The notes beneath the pieces are model-generated. The model was not told the origin of the DNA, did not search any database, and saw nothing but the letters and a program-made list of their open reading frames with translations. Made by a program: the position numbers and the translations under genes. Of a stretch of 64,000 nucleotides of DNA, positions 39,789 to 49,868 are shown piece after piece (position 1 is the stretch's first letter; every line of letters begins with the position of its first letter). This DNA is from Myxococcota bacterium (GTDB lineage: Bacteria; Myxococcota; UBA4151): the NCBI GenBank assembly GCA_036338695.1, contig JAYZBQ010000048.1, forward strand, positions 288,001 through 352,000, given 5' to 3'.

Positions 39789-40355
39789 TCAGCGAAGCGC
39801 CGGCGGACGCCCTAAACCGAAGCGTAAGAGCCGCCAGCGCCGACCTTCCGCGTCTTGACCGGTCACCAAACCGTTCACCGGCACGCGCGGATGAAAAATC
39901 GACTCCCCCTGGCGCAACGCCCCGATGAATACACCTGCAGGCACCTGCACGGCAGCGATGGATTGCGCCGATTCATCAAGTCGCAGCCGAAGAAAGGGGT
40001 CGTCGCCCTTGAGCACCGAGGTCACGGTGTGGGTGGCTCTGCGGCGGCTGCGCCTCGTGAGTTCGACCAACCAATCACCCTGCGCAGACTTTGAGGACAA
40101 GACAGCGGTCAACAAGGCGCGCCCGTGCGCGCTGACCTCCTCGTAGAGCGCCCACTGCTCGACGCTGGGTGTCAGCAGCGCCTGCGCGCCGAGCGCGTCG
40201 TAGCGCGGCGGCGGCTCAATCGGCGCCTCCGCCCAACCGTTCAAGGCACGGTACTGCGGGCTCGAGCATGCGCTGAGCCAGCACGCGATGAACCAGACCG
40301 CCCAGCGCCGCTGTCCAAACGAAGCGAGCGAGCGGCCGGGAAAGGAACACGTCAT
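39789..40355 (-). CDS. Hypothetical lipoprotein
   Basis: RRWAVWFIACWLSA-C lipobox. Co-oriented with the upstream lipoprotein genes; start uncertain. Confidence 0.55.
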   Translation of the reverse strand: MTCSFPGRSLASFGQRRWAVWFIACWLSACSSPQYRALNGWAEAPIEPPPRYDALGAQALLTPSVEQWALYEEVSAHGRALLTAVLSSKSAQGDWLVELTRRSRRRATHTVTSVLKGDDPFLRLRLDESAQSIAAVQVPAGVFIGALRQGESIFHPRVPVNGLVTGQDAEGRRWRLLRFGLGRPPALR

Positions 40356-40380
40356 GTCACACCCGCCCGCTGACGACGCG

Positions 40381-40737
40381 CTATCCTGCGTCACCAACTG
40401 GCGCTTCGCCTGCGTCCCCAGCGGGTGCTCCAGTGTCCGGGGCAGGAGCTGGCGCGCCGCTGTCTTGGGTGGGCGCGTTGCCCCCTTCAGGTAAGCCAGC
40501 GGCGTCCAGATAATCGGCTGATTGAAGCTGGCAGACCCCCTCGATGCATCGGTAACCCGGGCTGCAGCTGTCTCCGATGCTTCCATCGACCACGAACCCA
40601 CACTGCCGCGGCGCGCACACCCGCCCCCGCCCACAGACTTCGCCCACCGGACAGTCCTCAGATACGTTGCAGGTTTGCTGCGTACACGAGGAGCCCAGGG
40701 TCGGGAGGCTCAAGGCGAGCATGAGCGCCAACCTCAA
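40381..40737 (-). CDS. Small Cys-rich lipoprotein
   Basis: Signal peptide ending GSS-C, two C-x5..-C-x-x-G-x-x-C-x4/5-C modules, Pro/Ala/Asp tail with DAG repeats. Confidence 0.7.
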   Translation of the reverse strand: MRLALMLALSLPTLGSSCTQQTCNVSEDCPVGEVCGRGRVCAPRQCGFVVDGSIGDSCSPGYRCIEGVCQLQSADYLDAAGLPEGGNAPTQDSGAPAPAPDTGAPAGDAGEAPVGDAG

Positions 40738-42290
40738 GGGAGCGCCAGCCGGATCGTGTAGTTGGTCAGCGCCGTGCCGTCGGGCATGCGGACCTGATTG
40801 CTGGTGTTGACCAGTTCGGGATTGTCAAACATCAGCTTGATCCGCACCGAGATCCCCATGTTCGGGTTGAACGAGGCGGCGCCCGGCAGCCGAAGGCGAA
40901 TCTTCGTGGTGTAGCCGCTGAATCCGATCCCCATACCCGGGTTCGGCTCGACAAACGTCGCCGACGGGAACGAAGGCACCTCGTTGACGGTGTAGTCGAG
41001 CTCACCAAAGACCGAGTTCTCGAGGTCGAGCTCAGCGACGAACGCAAACTGCGCCAGCGCGCTGCTTAGCCCCGAGGTGCCGTTGCTGCGCCGCAACCCA
41101 ATCGGCAAGTCAGCGCTCAAGAACAGGTCATCGCCGCCGTTGATCTCACCGTCCTGATTGCGATCATCCCACTCGACGGCGTAGTCCTCATCGCCAAAAG
41201 GCGCCGTGGCGTCCCCTGCGGTCAGGATGTTGGCGGTGCCCGCCCAGGTCTCGGCGCCATTGAGCGCCGTCGCTGAGATGTAGAGATTGTACTCGGTCGA
41301 TGGGGACAAGCTACCCAGCGCCGGCGTCAGCGAGATCATGCGCCCACCCGCTGAGAACTCCGCAGCGAGCTCCACCTCCGCCTCGCCCGTCTCATTGAAG
41401 AGCTTGGTCTGCAGAGTGCCCGGATCGACAGCGCGATCAAACAAAATGCGCATCGGCGTCGCCACGTTCATCGGGGTGACGCTCTGTCGGCGCTGGACTA
41501 AATCGTGGACGTTCGAGTGCACCCGCCGCAGGCTGTTGCCGCTCTCCATCGTATGCAGCAGCTGGTCCGCATGGCGCACGAAGAGCGGGAGACGCCCTTG
41601 GGTTGCGATGTCGGCGAAGCTGCGCGTCAGCGTGACACCCGCGCCCGAGTCGTCGGCGTGCGCGTGAAAGCTCGCGCTCCCGCCACGCGCCGCGATCACC
41701 GCACCGAGCGCTGCCAGATTCGGCGCCCCCTCAAAGCGCAGCGTCCCATCGTCCTCGCTCGTAGCCTGAAGCGCCAACTCGCCGCGGTAGGAACCGTTGA
41801 CGACGAAGCTGTAAGGCGCCGTGAAACTCATCAACACGCCGCCCTTACCCTGCAGATCCGAGCCAAACATCTTGGTCGTCAGCGGCGCCGCGCGCATCAA
41901 CCCGATGCGCCCCATCGTGGCGTGGTTGTTCGCCGAGGGGAAATCACCAGACTGCGACGGGATCCCGACCGTTCCGTTCGCCGACAAGTAGCCCTCTGCG
42001 GCGACCGCAAAGAGCGCGGTGCCGCCGGCGGCGATACGCGAGAAATTGACGTAGCCGTCGACGCCCGTCGTTTCGCTGTGCTCAGACGATGCGAACAGGC
42101 TGACCGACGCGCCCTCGATCGCCTGACCGGTGGCGACATCATACACATACCCGCTGACCGAAGCGACCGGGTGAACCGGCGCGATCTGCGTCACCGAACC
42201 GGGAGCGTCAGCCTGACCATCACCGTTCAGGTCAGGCGGCTCCTCACCGCACGCTGACAACGCAAAAGCTAACCACATCCATCGTTTCAT
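40734..42290 (-). CDS. Lipoprotein with carboxypeptidase-regulatory-like and Ig-like beta-sandwich domains
   Basis: MKRWMWLAFALSA-C, DLNGDG, VSGYVYDVATGQAIEGASV, Big_5-like ILFDRAVDP...LTP...LSPSTEYNL, DRNQDGEINGGD. AGGAG upstream. Confidence 0.8.
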   Translation of the reverse strand: MKRWMWLAFALSACGEEPPDLNGDGQADAPGSVTQIAPVHPVASVSGYVYDVATGQAIEGASVSLFASSEHSETTGVDGYVNFSRIAAGGTALFAVAAEGYLSANGTVGIPSQSGDFPSANNHATMGRIGLMRAAPLTTKMFGSDLQGKGGVLMSFTAPYSFVVNGSYRGELALQATSEDDGTLRFEGAPNLAALGAVIAARGGSASFHAHADDSGAGVTLTRSFADIATQGRLPLFVRHADQLLHTMESGNSLRRVHSNVHDLVQRRQSVTPMNVATPMRILFDRAVDPGTLQTKLFNETGEAEVELAAEFSAGGRMISLTPALGSLSPSTEYNLYISATALNGAETWAGTANILTAGDATAPFGDEDYAVEWDDRNQDGEINGGDDLFLSADLPIGLRRSNGTSGLSSALAQFAFVAELDLENSVFGELDYTVNEVPSFPSATFVEPNPGMGIGFSGYTTKIRLRLPGAASFNPNMGISVRIKLMFDNPELVNTSNQVRMPDGTALTNYTIRLALP

Positions 42291-42461
42291 GATCACTCCT
42301 TGACGGCTCTGCCTAAGCGCCCATGCCAACCGCCGTCAACGCCTCGCGTGCGTGCCCGGCACGTGAGCGCGCATCAGCGTATTGACCGATGGCCGTTGCG
42401 CATCGCCGATCGGGAGAGTAACAGTGGGCGGCAAGTGGCAAAAATTTTACACGGAGTACCC

Positions 42462-45400
42462 ATGAACATCAGCCGTTTTGTTCTCGGTTTTGCGGCGATC
42501 AGCCTGGCGACAGCCTGCGCCCAAGACATTACGGATATCGACCGCACCTACCCCAACAAGGTTCACAAATCGATGTTCAATGGCACGTGGTATTTCCGCG
42601 GCACCGTGACCGAGGTCGCGCCGGACATGGCAGGCTTGTTTGAAGGGATCGCCACTGGGATGTCGAAGATTCGGTGGGAGATCACCGAGTCGGAGCTGCG
42701 CGGCTGGTCGACCAACGAGACCGTGATCGGCATGGACCAAGAGATCGATGACTGCCGTCGCGTCACCACGGTGCAAGCGGACGGTCGTATCAACATCGAA
42801 GAGAGCTTCGATGATGAGTGCATGCGGCGCTCGGCGCTCGAGGGGCCACAGCTCAACAAAGACGGCTACCGTACTCGCTGGGGCCGGTTGCCCGACGAAT
42901 ACAAAGGCTCGATGATCATCAGCTTCCCGATCACCGGCCACTTTGACATCATCCGCAGCTACAACAGCCAAACCGGTGAGCAATCGAACGTGCTGACCGA
43001 GAACATGACCGATCGGGACTGGTGGCAGCGTGACTACATGCGCGTCGCCTGGGGCAGCCCTTCGGTTCAGTTCATCAACGGTGAGCTCGCCAACACCTAC
43101 GGCGACGACTCGGAGTCTGCCAACTCGGACCACAAGATCCGCTTCCTGAGTCAAGCCGGCGAAGCGATCGCCAACGGGCTGGCGGCTGAAGGTCAGGAGG
43201 TTAGCTACTTTGACTTCACGACCCGCCAGGCGGCGACTATGTACGCTCGCACGACCAGCGGCGCGAGCTACCCTTACTGCTACTTCAGCTACACGGCGTC
43301 ATGCGACGCCGCCAAGGTCGCCATGCGCTACTCGTTCCTGAAGACGGAGCCCGTTCGTGACTTTGCTCCGGTCCTTTACGACGACAACAAGATGGGCCGG
43401 TTCGGCTACTTCCGTGTCGAGCGCTACAGCCACCAGCGACGACGCGGGTTGACCGAGACCGGCCGCGTCCGCATGGCGGCGATCCACAACATCTGGAAGC
43501 AGACCTATGAACGTGACGCCAACGGCGGCTTCAAGCTCGAAGCCGTCACCAACGACCAAGATGAGACGATCGCCTACCGGCGCGTTGAGATCCCGGTCGA
43601 AGACCGCGAGCCGAAACCGCTCGCGTATCACCTCTCCCCGTACTTCCCGGAAGCGATCAAAGAGTACGCCTACCGCGTCGGTGATTCCTGGAATGGCGCC
43701 TATCGCCGCACCGTAGCCGCTGCGCTCGGCTACCAATCCGCTCGGGAGGCCGACGACGCAGGCGCTGGCATCCCCGATATGTTCGTCGTCTGTGACAACC
43801 CAGTACCCGCCGAAGTGCCTGATCGCTACCGCGGCGCTGACACCAACTACCACGAGATCTGTGGCGCACCGGGGACCCGGGCGATGCCTGGCGACCTCCG
43901 CTACAACACCATGTACTGGGTGCATGACCGAAACGACGGCCCGCTCGGCTATGGCCCGTCCTACCAAGACCCTGAGACCGGCGAGACCATCAGCGGCACC
44001 GCCTGGGTTTACGGCGCAGCGGTCGACAGCTACGCGCAGTCGGCGCTCGATCTGATCAACGCCATCAACGGCAACCTCACCATCGATGACATCCGCAGCG
44101 GCGCCTATGTTCAAGACATGGTGCGCAACATGCGCCACGTCACCGACCCCCACAACCGCACGCTCGCTGAGTTCGACGAGAGCTTGATCGATCCGGAGGG
44201 TCCGATCGGGCCCAAAGGGCGCGAGATCATGGAGCGGATCGACCGCATCTCAGCCAATCCGGCTGCCGAGCTCAACGACGACATCACGCAGCAGCGGCAC
44301 CGCCGCTTCAAGCGCTTCTTACGTGAGCACCCGATGGCAGATGAGCTGGTCAATGGTGAGATGCTCGCTGCCGCCGCAGGCGCAGACCTGACGCCCGGTG
44401 GCGCCGTGACCGACTCCATGCGCACCAAGGCGATGGATCTGCTGACGGGGAACATGGACGCCGTCAATGAGCGGGCGCACATCAACGCCGTGGCTTCGGA
44501 ATTGACCATCTGGACCCGTGACAACTTCGAAGACGCCTCGTTGATCGGGCTCGCAAAGGAGATGGCGGCGCGCTACGCAGACCGTCCGGACGCCCAAGAC
44601 GAGATGTACCAAGAGCTGCGCGGGCGCATCTTCCAAGGGGTGATGGAGCACGAGGTGGGTCACACCATCGGTCTGCGTCACAACTTCTCAGGCTCCTATG
44701 ACGCCATGAACTTCCACGACGACTTCTGGCGCGTGCGCAAGGAAGGGCTCAAGGATGCGTGGACCAACATCCACAACGCCAACGGGCTAACGCTCAACCA
44801 GCTGCTTCAGGTGCGCAACATCAGCCAGAATGAGGCGGAAGGCGTCGGCGCCGAAGACGGTCAGCGAGGCGGCATCACCGAGTACCAGTACAGCTCGATT
44901 ATGGACTATGGCGCAGCCTTCAACTCGGACGTCCACGGCATCGGTAAGTACGACGAAGCCGCCATCCTCTTTGGCTACGCCGGCAAGGTCGAGGTCTTCA
45001 AGAACCTCAGCCGGAACAACCAGTACTTGCTCAAGGGCTCGGCGGAGACCATCCTCAGCTCGCACCCTTGGTCCCTCGGCCTGACGAGCTACTCCTGTCT
45101 TCCTAGCTTTGAAGACCGCATCAGCCCCGCAGAAGATGCGCTGACTGAAAAGATTCACTACAGCTGGCTCCCGCTGATCTTCTCGGAGTCCCCCGCACCC
45201 TCAGGCGGTAACGCCGCCGCCGCAGTGGACGCAGCGGTCGAGGCAGGCATCGCCAACTTCGGGCCTGCCAACCGTGAGTTGATCGACTTTAGCGACATCG
45301 AAGACGACCTCGCCGAGGAGCGACTGCACCGCTTCAACAACCGCCGCGACTGCGGTCAAGAAGCCGCGACGCTCAACGAAGACCGACGCGTTATGGTGCC

Positions 45401-46895
45401 CTACATGTTCTGCTCAGATGAGTGGGTCGGTAGCGTCGCCAACTGCAACCGCTGGGACGAAGGGGCCGACCCGGCCGCTATCCTCGAGCGGACCATGAAC
45501 CAATGGGAAGACTACTACTGGTTCAACAACTACAAGCGAGACCGCGTGAGCTTCAACACGACCGCATCGGCGAACCGTGCCTTGTCACGGACCTACCCGA
45601 TGATGCTGTTGATGTACCAGCAGTGGCTCTTTAGCCGCTATCAGACCGACCTCTTGATCACCTACCCGTGGCAGGTCGGCGTGCTCAACTCGGTCAACAT
45701 GTTCGGTAACATCCTGACCAAGCCGCGCTACGGCACCTACTACGTCAGCAACAACGGCGAAGACGCCTACCTCTTCGACGTCGACCCGCTCGAGATCGGC
45801 AGCACGCTCGGTCAGGTCAACAACCTGCCCGTCACCGCGGACTTCCAGATCCCACGTGGCGTTGGCCGGCGCGCCTTCTCGAACTACGACTACGACGGCG
45901 GCTACTACTACTACGAGCGCCCGCTCGAAGCCGGTCACTTCTGGGACTTCTACGCGGCGCTTTTGAGCCAAGGAAACGCCACGGCGGCGCTGCTCGGGAC
46001 CGAATCGGCCGCCGATCAACGGCGCTTCTACCTTCCCTTCCACCTCGTCTTCCCCGAGCCGCTCGATAACCTGTACAGCGGCATCATCACCAACCGCCAA
46101 AATGACTACGCGCCGAAGTTGTTCCGGCGCGACCTCGGCGGTGACGCCGCGGCTTGTGCCTCGGCAGCGGCGCGCGTCAACGGCTACGGCTCGAACGGGA
46201 AGGATGACGTGTGCTACCTGGTGGTCAGCAAGCCGATCTATGACTGGCAAGGCATCACGATGGGCGCGCAGATCGACGGGGAGCGAAACCCAGCCGCTCC
46301 GTTTGCTACGGCGAACGAAGACGGTGAAGACTGGGAAGATGGTGTGACCGTTCGGATCCACAACAACTACACCAACAAGCTCTACACGACCATCTTTGGG
46401 GCGCAGTTCTTCACCTCGACTTGGGAGCGTGACTTCATCGAGAGCATGCGCGTCTGGCGCGTCGGCTCGGCTGAAGACCACAGCATCGCAGACGGTCACC
46501 AGCAGGTTCAGTTCGCCGACCCGCGCAGCGGCTTTGTCTACGCCTCGAGCACGGACAAAGAGCGCCCCTGCGCCGTCACCGACGAAGAGCGCGATAACGC
46601 GCTGGCGACGCGCACGATCTGCGACGGCCAGGTCGCCTCGGCGGACTGGATCGAAGCCAACGAAGCCCTCCTCGACGCTGAGGAAGAGATCGAAAGACGA
46701 AATCTTGACTGTTCAGCGGACGATGTTCCCGATAACTGCACCGAGGACCGAGCGGTTGATGGGCTCGACTTGGCAGACCAATGCGTTCGCCAGCTCTGCG
46801 CTCAAGACGCCAAGCGCTCGGCCGACAATCGACTGGATGACACGGTGAGCTGGTCCTTACGCTTCCGCGACATCTATCGGGTACTCGTCGACTAA
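42462..46895 (+). CDS. Giant (1477 aa) lipoprotein zinc metalloprotease, EcxA/DUF4953-like metzincin
   Basis: LATA-C lipobox, HEVGHTIGLRHNF, Met-turn SSIMDY, GIGKYD. GGAG before ATG 42462. Confidence 0.88.
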   Translation: MNISRFVLGFAAISLATACAQDITDIDRTYPNKVHKSMFNGTWYFRGTVTEVAPDMAGLFEGIATGMSKIRWEITESELRGWSTNETVIGMDQEIDDCRRVTTVQADGRINIEESFDDECMRRSALEGPQLNKDGYRTRWGRLPDEYKGSMIISFPITGHFDIIRSYNSQTGEQSNVLTENMTDRDWWQRDYMRVAWGSPSVQFINGELANTYGDDSESANSDHKIRFLSQAGEAIANGLAAEGQEVSYFDFTTRQAATMYARTTSGASYPYCYFSYTASCDAAKVAMRYSFLKTEPVRDFAPVLYDDNKMGRFGYFRVERYSHQRRRGLTETGRVRMAAIHNIWKQTYERDANGGFKLEAVTNDQDETIAYRRVEIPVEDREPKPLAYHLSPYFPEAIKEYAYRVGDSWNGAYRRTVAAALGYQSAREADDAGAGIPDMFVVCDNPVPAEVPDRYRGADTNYHEICGAPGTRAMPGDLRYNTMYWVHDRNDGPLGYGPSYQDPETGETISGTAWVYGAAVDSYAQSALDLINAINGNLTIDDIRSGAYVQDMVRNMRHVTDPHNRTLAEFDESLIDPEGPIGPKGREIMERIDRISANPAAELNDDITQQRHRRFKRFLREHPMADELVNGEMLAAAAGADLTPGGAVTDSMRTKAMDLLTGNMDAVNERAHINAVASELTIWTRDNFEDASLIGLAKEMAARYADRPDAQDEMYQELRGRIFQGVMEHEVGHTIGLRHNFSGSYDAMNFHDDFWRVRKEGLKDAWTNIHNANGLTLNQLLQVRNISQNEAEGVGAEDGQRGGITEYQYSSIMDYGAAFNSDVHGIGKYDEAAILFGYAGKVEVFKNLSRNNQYLLKGSAETILSSHPWSLGLTSYSCLPSFEDRISPAEDALTEKIHYSWLPLIFSESPAPSGGNAAAAVDAAVEAGIANFGPANRELIDFSDIEDDLAEERLHRFNNRRDCGQEAATLNEDRRVMVPYMFCSDEWVGSVANCNRWDEGADPAAILERTMNQWEDYYWFNNYKRDRVSFNTTASANRALSRTYPMMLLMYQQWLFSRYQTDLLITYPWQVGVLNSVNMFGNILTKPRYGTYYVSNNGEDAYLFDVDPLEIGSTLGQVNNLPVTADFQIPRGVGRRAFSNYDYDGGYYYYERPLEAGHFWDFYAALLSQGNATAALLGTESAADQRRFYLPFHLVFPEPLDNLYSGIITNRQNDYAPKLFRRDLGGDAAACASAAARVNGYGSNGKDDVCYLVVSKPIYDWQGITMGAQIDGERNPAAPFATANEDGEDWEDGVTVRIHNNYTNKLYTTIFGAQFFTSTWERDFIESMRVWRVGSAEDHSIADGHQQVQFADPRSGFVYASSTDKERPCAVTDEERDNALATRTICDGQVASADWIEANEALLDAEEEIERRNLDCSADDVPDNCTEDRAVDGLDLADQCVRQLCAQDAKRSADNRLDDTVSWSLRFRDIYRVLVD

Positions 46896-46904
46896 GGGGT
46901 CTGT

Positions 46905-47975
46905 ATGTTGCGGTTGCTTTCAGTATCAGTTCTGCTCGTTGGTGCCGCAGCGCAAGCGTCGGACAACCCGGCGATCACCACGCAGCCCAAGGGGGCCTTC
47001 CCCTTCTCGGGCTCGGTCAGCTGGGGGCACTCACTGGGTCAAGGTAGCTTCGTTCAGAACTACTACGCCCGTGACGCACGCTACGTCCAAAGCCTCGGGC
47101 TGTCGGGTAGCTGGCGGCTCCCCTGGAAGGGCTACAGCGTCTCTGCGAGCCAGAGCTGGAGCATGGAGCTCACGCAAGGCGGCTCGATGCGCAACCATGA
47201 GCTCAACTACGGAGACATCGGCTTGCGCTTCGGCCTGCCCTTCGGCTTCAAGGCGCTGGGTTTCTCCGTCGGCACGAGCCTAAGCGCGGGTATCCCGGTC
47301 TCCAAGGTGAGCCGGTTCTTGGGCAAGGTCACCGGCGTGAGCGCCGGCTTGTCGGCGAGCCGCAAGCTCGGCGAAAAACTCAGCCTCAGCCTGGGTTCGA
47401 GCGTCTCGAGCAGCCTGTACACCGAGCGCGCACGCACGGTATCCGTCTCTGAGGGGCGCAGCTTCGTGGACCGCAACGGGAACACCTTGACCCCGAACAA
47501 CCAGATCTGCCGCGCCGATGAGCTCATCACGAGCGGAGCCGGTGAGGTCACGGGCTGCCGCGTGGCGGGTGTCAACGGCGGGTTTAACCTGACCACCTCA
47601 GCGGCGCTGTCGTACAAGGCTTCGAAGAAGCTCTCAGCCACCGCCTCGCTGGCGCTGATCAACTCCTTCAAGGATTACAGCCTACCGATCGATGAGTTCT
47701 CCTCGACCTATGCCCAAGGCGGCATCGGGCGCTCGGACCTGACCTCGGGAAGCCTCAGCGTCGGCTACAGCTACTCAAAGAAGCTCCGCCTCGGCCTGTC
47801 GATGGCGAGCACCCAGCCGGCGCTGTTTTGGAGCAGCAACGACACGGTCGATGAGAACGGCAACGTCACGCAGTCGGCTGAAGGGTCGTGGATGCCGAAC
47901 TTCCCTTGGTGGGACTTCCGGACGCCAGGCAACAACTACAGCTCCTTCTCAGGGAGCGTCAGCTACTCCTTTTAG
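46905..47975 (+). CDS. Outer-membrane beta-barrel protein
   Basis: Signal peptide (AQA), alternating amphipathic Ser/Gly-rich strands, C-terminal SGSVSYSF ending in Phe (BAM signal-like). Confidence 0.8.
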   Translation: MLRLLSVSVLLVGAAAQASDNPAITTQPKGAFPFSGSVSWGHSLGQGSFVQNYYARDARYVQSLGLSGSWRLPWKGYSVSASQSWSMELTQGGSMRNHELNYGDIGLRFGLPFGFKALGFSVGTSLSAGIPVSKVSRFLGKVTGVSAGLSASRKLGEKLSLSLGSSVSSSLYTERARTVSVSEGRSFVDRNGNTLTPNNQICRADELITSGAGEVTGCRVAGVNGGFNLTTSAALSYKASKKLSATASLALINSFKDYSLPIDEFSSTYAQGGIGRSDLTSGSLSVGYSYSKKLRLGLSMASTQPALFWSSNDTVDENGNVTQSAEGSWMPNFPWWDFRTPGNNYSSFSGSVSYSF

Positions 47976-48023
47976 AGTCTGCGCAGTTGCGCGAGTCTTA
48001 AGGGAAAAAACACGCTACGGTGG

Positions 48024-48057
48024 AAGGGCGAGGGTCTCCTCGCCCTTTCTCTTTCTT
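48024..48057 (+). terminator. Rho-independent terminator
   Basis: Perfect 10-bp stem AAGGGCGAGG-GTCT-CCTCGCCCTT followed by TCTCTTTCTT. Confidence 0.7.
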
Positions 48058-48073
48058 GAACGAGGCGCAGCAC

Positions 48074-49864
48074 GTGGACGCACAGATCATCGTCATCGGT
48101 GGAGGTCACGCCGGCTGTGAGGCTGCGCTCGCGGCGGCGCGCTCGGGCGCCCGAACCGTGCTGGTGACCTTGCGGGCCTCGGGGATCGGTGAGTTGAGCT
48201 GCAACCCGGCGATGGGCGGCCTCGCAAAGGGACACCTGATCCGAGAGCTCGACGCCCTCGGCGGCGAGATCGGCCGTATGACGGACCGTACGACCCTCTT
48301 TCGCCACACCCTTAACCGCAGCCGAGGTCCCGCCGTGCGCGGCACGCGCGCCCAGGTGGACCGGCCGCTGTACCGCACCCTGATGCAAGAGGTGGTCCTC
48401 AACCAAGACCGTCTCGAGGTGATCGAGGGGCGCGTCTGCGGCTTTCTGACCGACAACGGTCGCTGCGTCGGCGTCGAACTCGCAGACGGTCAGCGGCTCA
48501 CGAGCGAAGCCGTCATCCTCACCACCGGCACCTTCCTCGGCGCCATCTGTCACCGAGGTGACGTCGAAACACCGGGGGGACGCCACGGCGAGACCGAGGT
48601 GGATGACGGCTCGATCTCCGCGCAGCTCCGGCAGCTCGGACTCCGCTTGCAGCGACTCAAGACGGGGACCTGTCCTCGAATCCATCGCGACAGCATCGAC
48701 TACAGCCAGCTCGACCCGCAATACAGCGAGAGCGACACGCCGCCGTTCTCGGACGCAGGCGTGCAAGGCCCGAGCGAGACCATTAACTGCTGGGGCGTGC
48801 GCACCAACCCCAAGCTGCACGACGTCGTCCGAGACAACCTGCACCGAGCGCCCATGTATTCGGGAAGCATCGAGGCTGAAGGGCCGCGTTACTGCCCAAG
48901 CTTTGAGGACAAAATCGCTCGCTTCGGTCAGCGCGACAGCCACCAGCTGTGGCTCGAGCCAGAGGGTCTCGAGAGCCCTCAGATGTACCTCGGCGGTCTC
49001 AGCACCAGCCTGCCGCAGAATGTTCAAGCCGAGATGCTCAAGCGACTGCCCGGCTTTGAGCGGGCAGAGGTTCTGGTCTGGGGCTACGCCGTCGCCTACG
49101 ACGCAGTCGATCCCATCCAGCTTGATCGTCACCTCATGGTGCGGCAGCTCCCCGGGCTCTACTTGGCGGGACAGATCAACGGCACCTCGGGTTACGAAGA
49201 GGCGGCGGCGCAGGGTTTTTGGGCGGCGCTGAACGCGTGGCGCCGCATGAACGATGAGCCTGAGTTCGTCCTCGCACGCGACCAAGCTTATATGGGAGTC
49301 CTGATCGACGACCTGACCACACGCGGGTGCCGAGAGCCCTATCGCATGCTCACCAGCCGCGCCGAATATCGGCTCGAGCTGCGAGAGAGCAACGCCTGGC
49401 TGCGCTTACTTGAGCCGGCGGCAGAGCTGGGCTTGGTCAGCGACCAGCGCCTCGAGGCGCGCCGCCTGCGAGCCCAGCGCCTTGAGCAGGCGCGCGACCG
49501 CTTAAAAAGCCATCGGCACCAAGGCGTCTCAGCCTGGGACCGTCTCCTGCGCCCTCAAGAAGACGCCGACGCCTTGCTGGATGAGCTCGATATCGGGCTT
49601 GCAGGCAGCGACCGCGGCGAGCTGATCGCGTCCGGTCGCTACGCCGGCTACATCGCCCGTGAGCGCAGGCGGTTGGCGGCGCAGCGCGACCTCGACCGGG
49701 TGCGCATACCTCAAAACTTTGACTACAGCGGCCGGCCGAGCCTCTCCAATGAGGCGATCGAGCGACTCCAAGCCGTGCGCCCCGAGACCCTGGGGCAAGC
49801 GGCGCGTATCTCGGGCGTGACGCCAGCGGCGGTGCAGGTCATCGCGCTCAGTCTGCGGAGCTGA
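48074..49864 (+). CDS. mnmG: tRNA uridine 5-carboxymethylaminomethyl modification enzyme MnmG
   Basis: IVIGGGHAGCEAA, SCNPAMGG, LKTGT, GPRYCPSFEDK, AGQINGTSGYEEAA, EPYRMLTSRAEYRL. Confidence 0.97.
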   Translation: MDAQIIVIGGGHAGCEAALAAARSGARTVLVTLRASGIGELSCNPAMGGLAKGHLIRELDALGGEIGRMTDRTTLFRHTLNRSRGPAVRGTRAQVDRPLYRTLMQEVVLNQDRLEVIEGRVCGFLTDNGRCVGVELADGQRLTSEAVILTTGTFLGAICHRGDVETPGGRHGETEVDDGSISAQLRQLGLRLQRLKTGTCPRIHRDSIDYSQLDPQYSESDTPPFSDAGVQGPSETINCWGVRTNPKLHDVVRDNLHRAPMYSGSIEAEGPRYCPSFEDKIARFGQRDSHQLWLEPEGLESPQMYLGGLSTSLPQNVQAEMLKRLPGFERAEVLVWGYAVAYDAVDPIQLDRHLMVRQLPGLYLAGQINGTSGYEEAAAQGFWAALNAWRRMNDEPEFVLARDQAYMGVLIDDLTTRGCREPYRMLTSRAEYRLELRESNAWLRLLEPAAELGLVSDQRLEARRLRAQRLEQARDRLKSHRHQGVSAWDRLLRPQEDADALLDELDIGLAGSDRGELIASGRYAGYIARERRRLAAQRDLDRVRIPQNFDYSGRPSLSNEAIERLQAVRPETLGQAARISGVTPAAVQVIALSLRS

Positions 49865-49868
49865 GTCG

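Noticed and set aside
42300..42461. Extended ORF-track N-termini, here and for pmbA, PMM, mnmE, metK, ribA and others
   Set aside because: RBS position, signal peptides and stop/start overlaps support the shorter starts used above.
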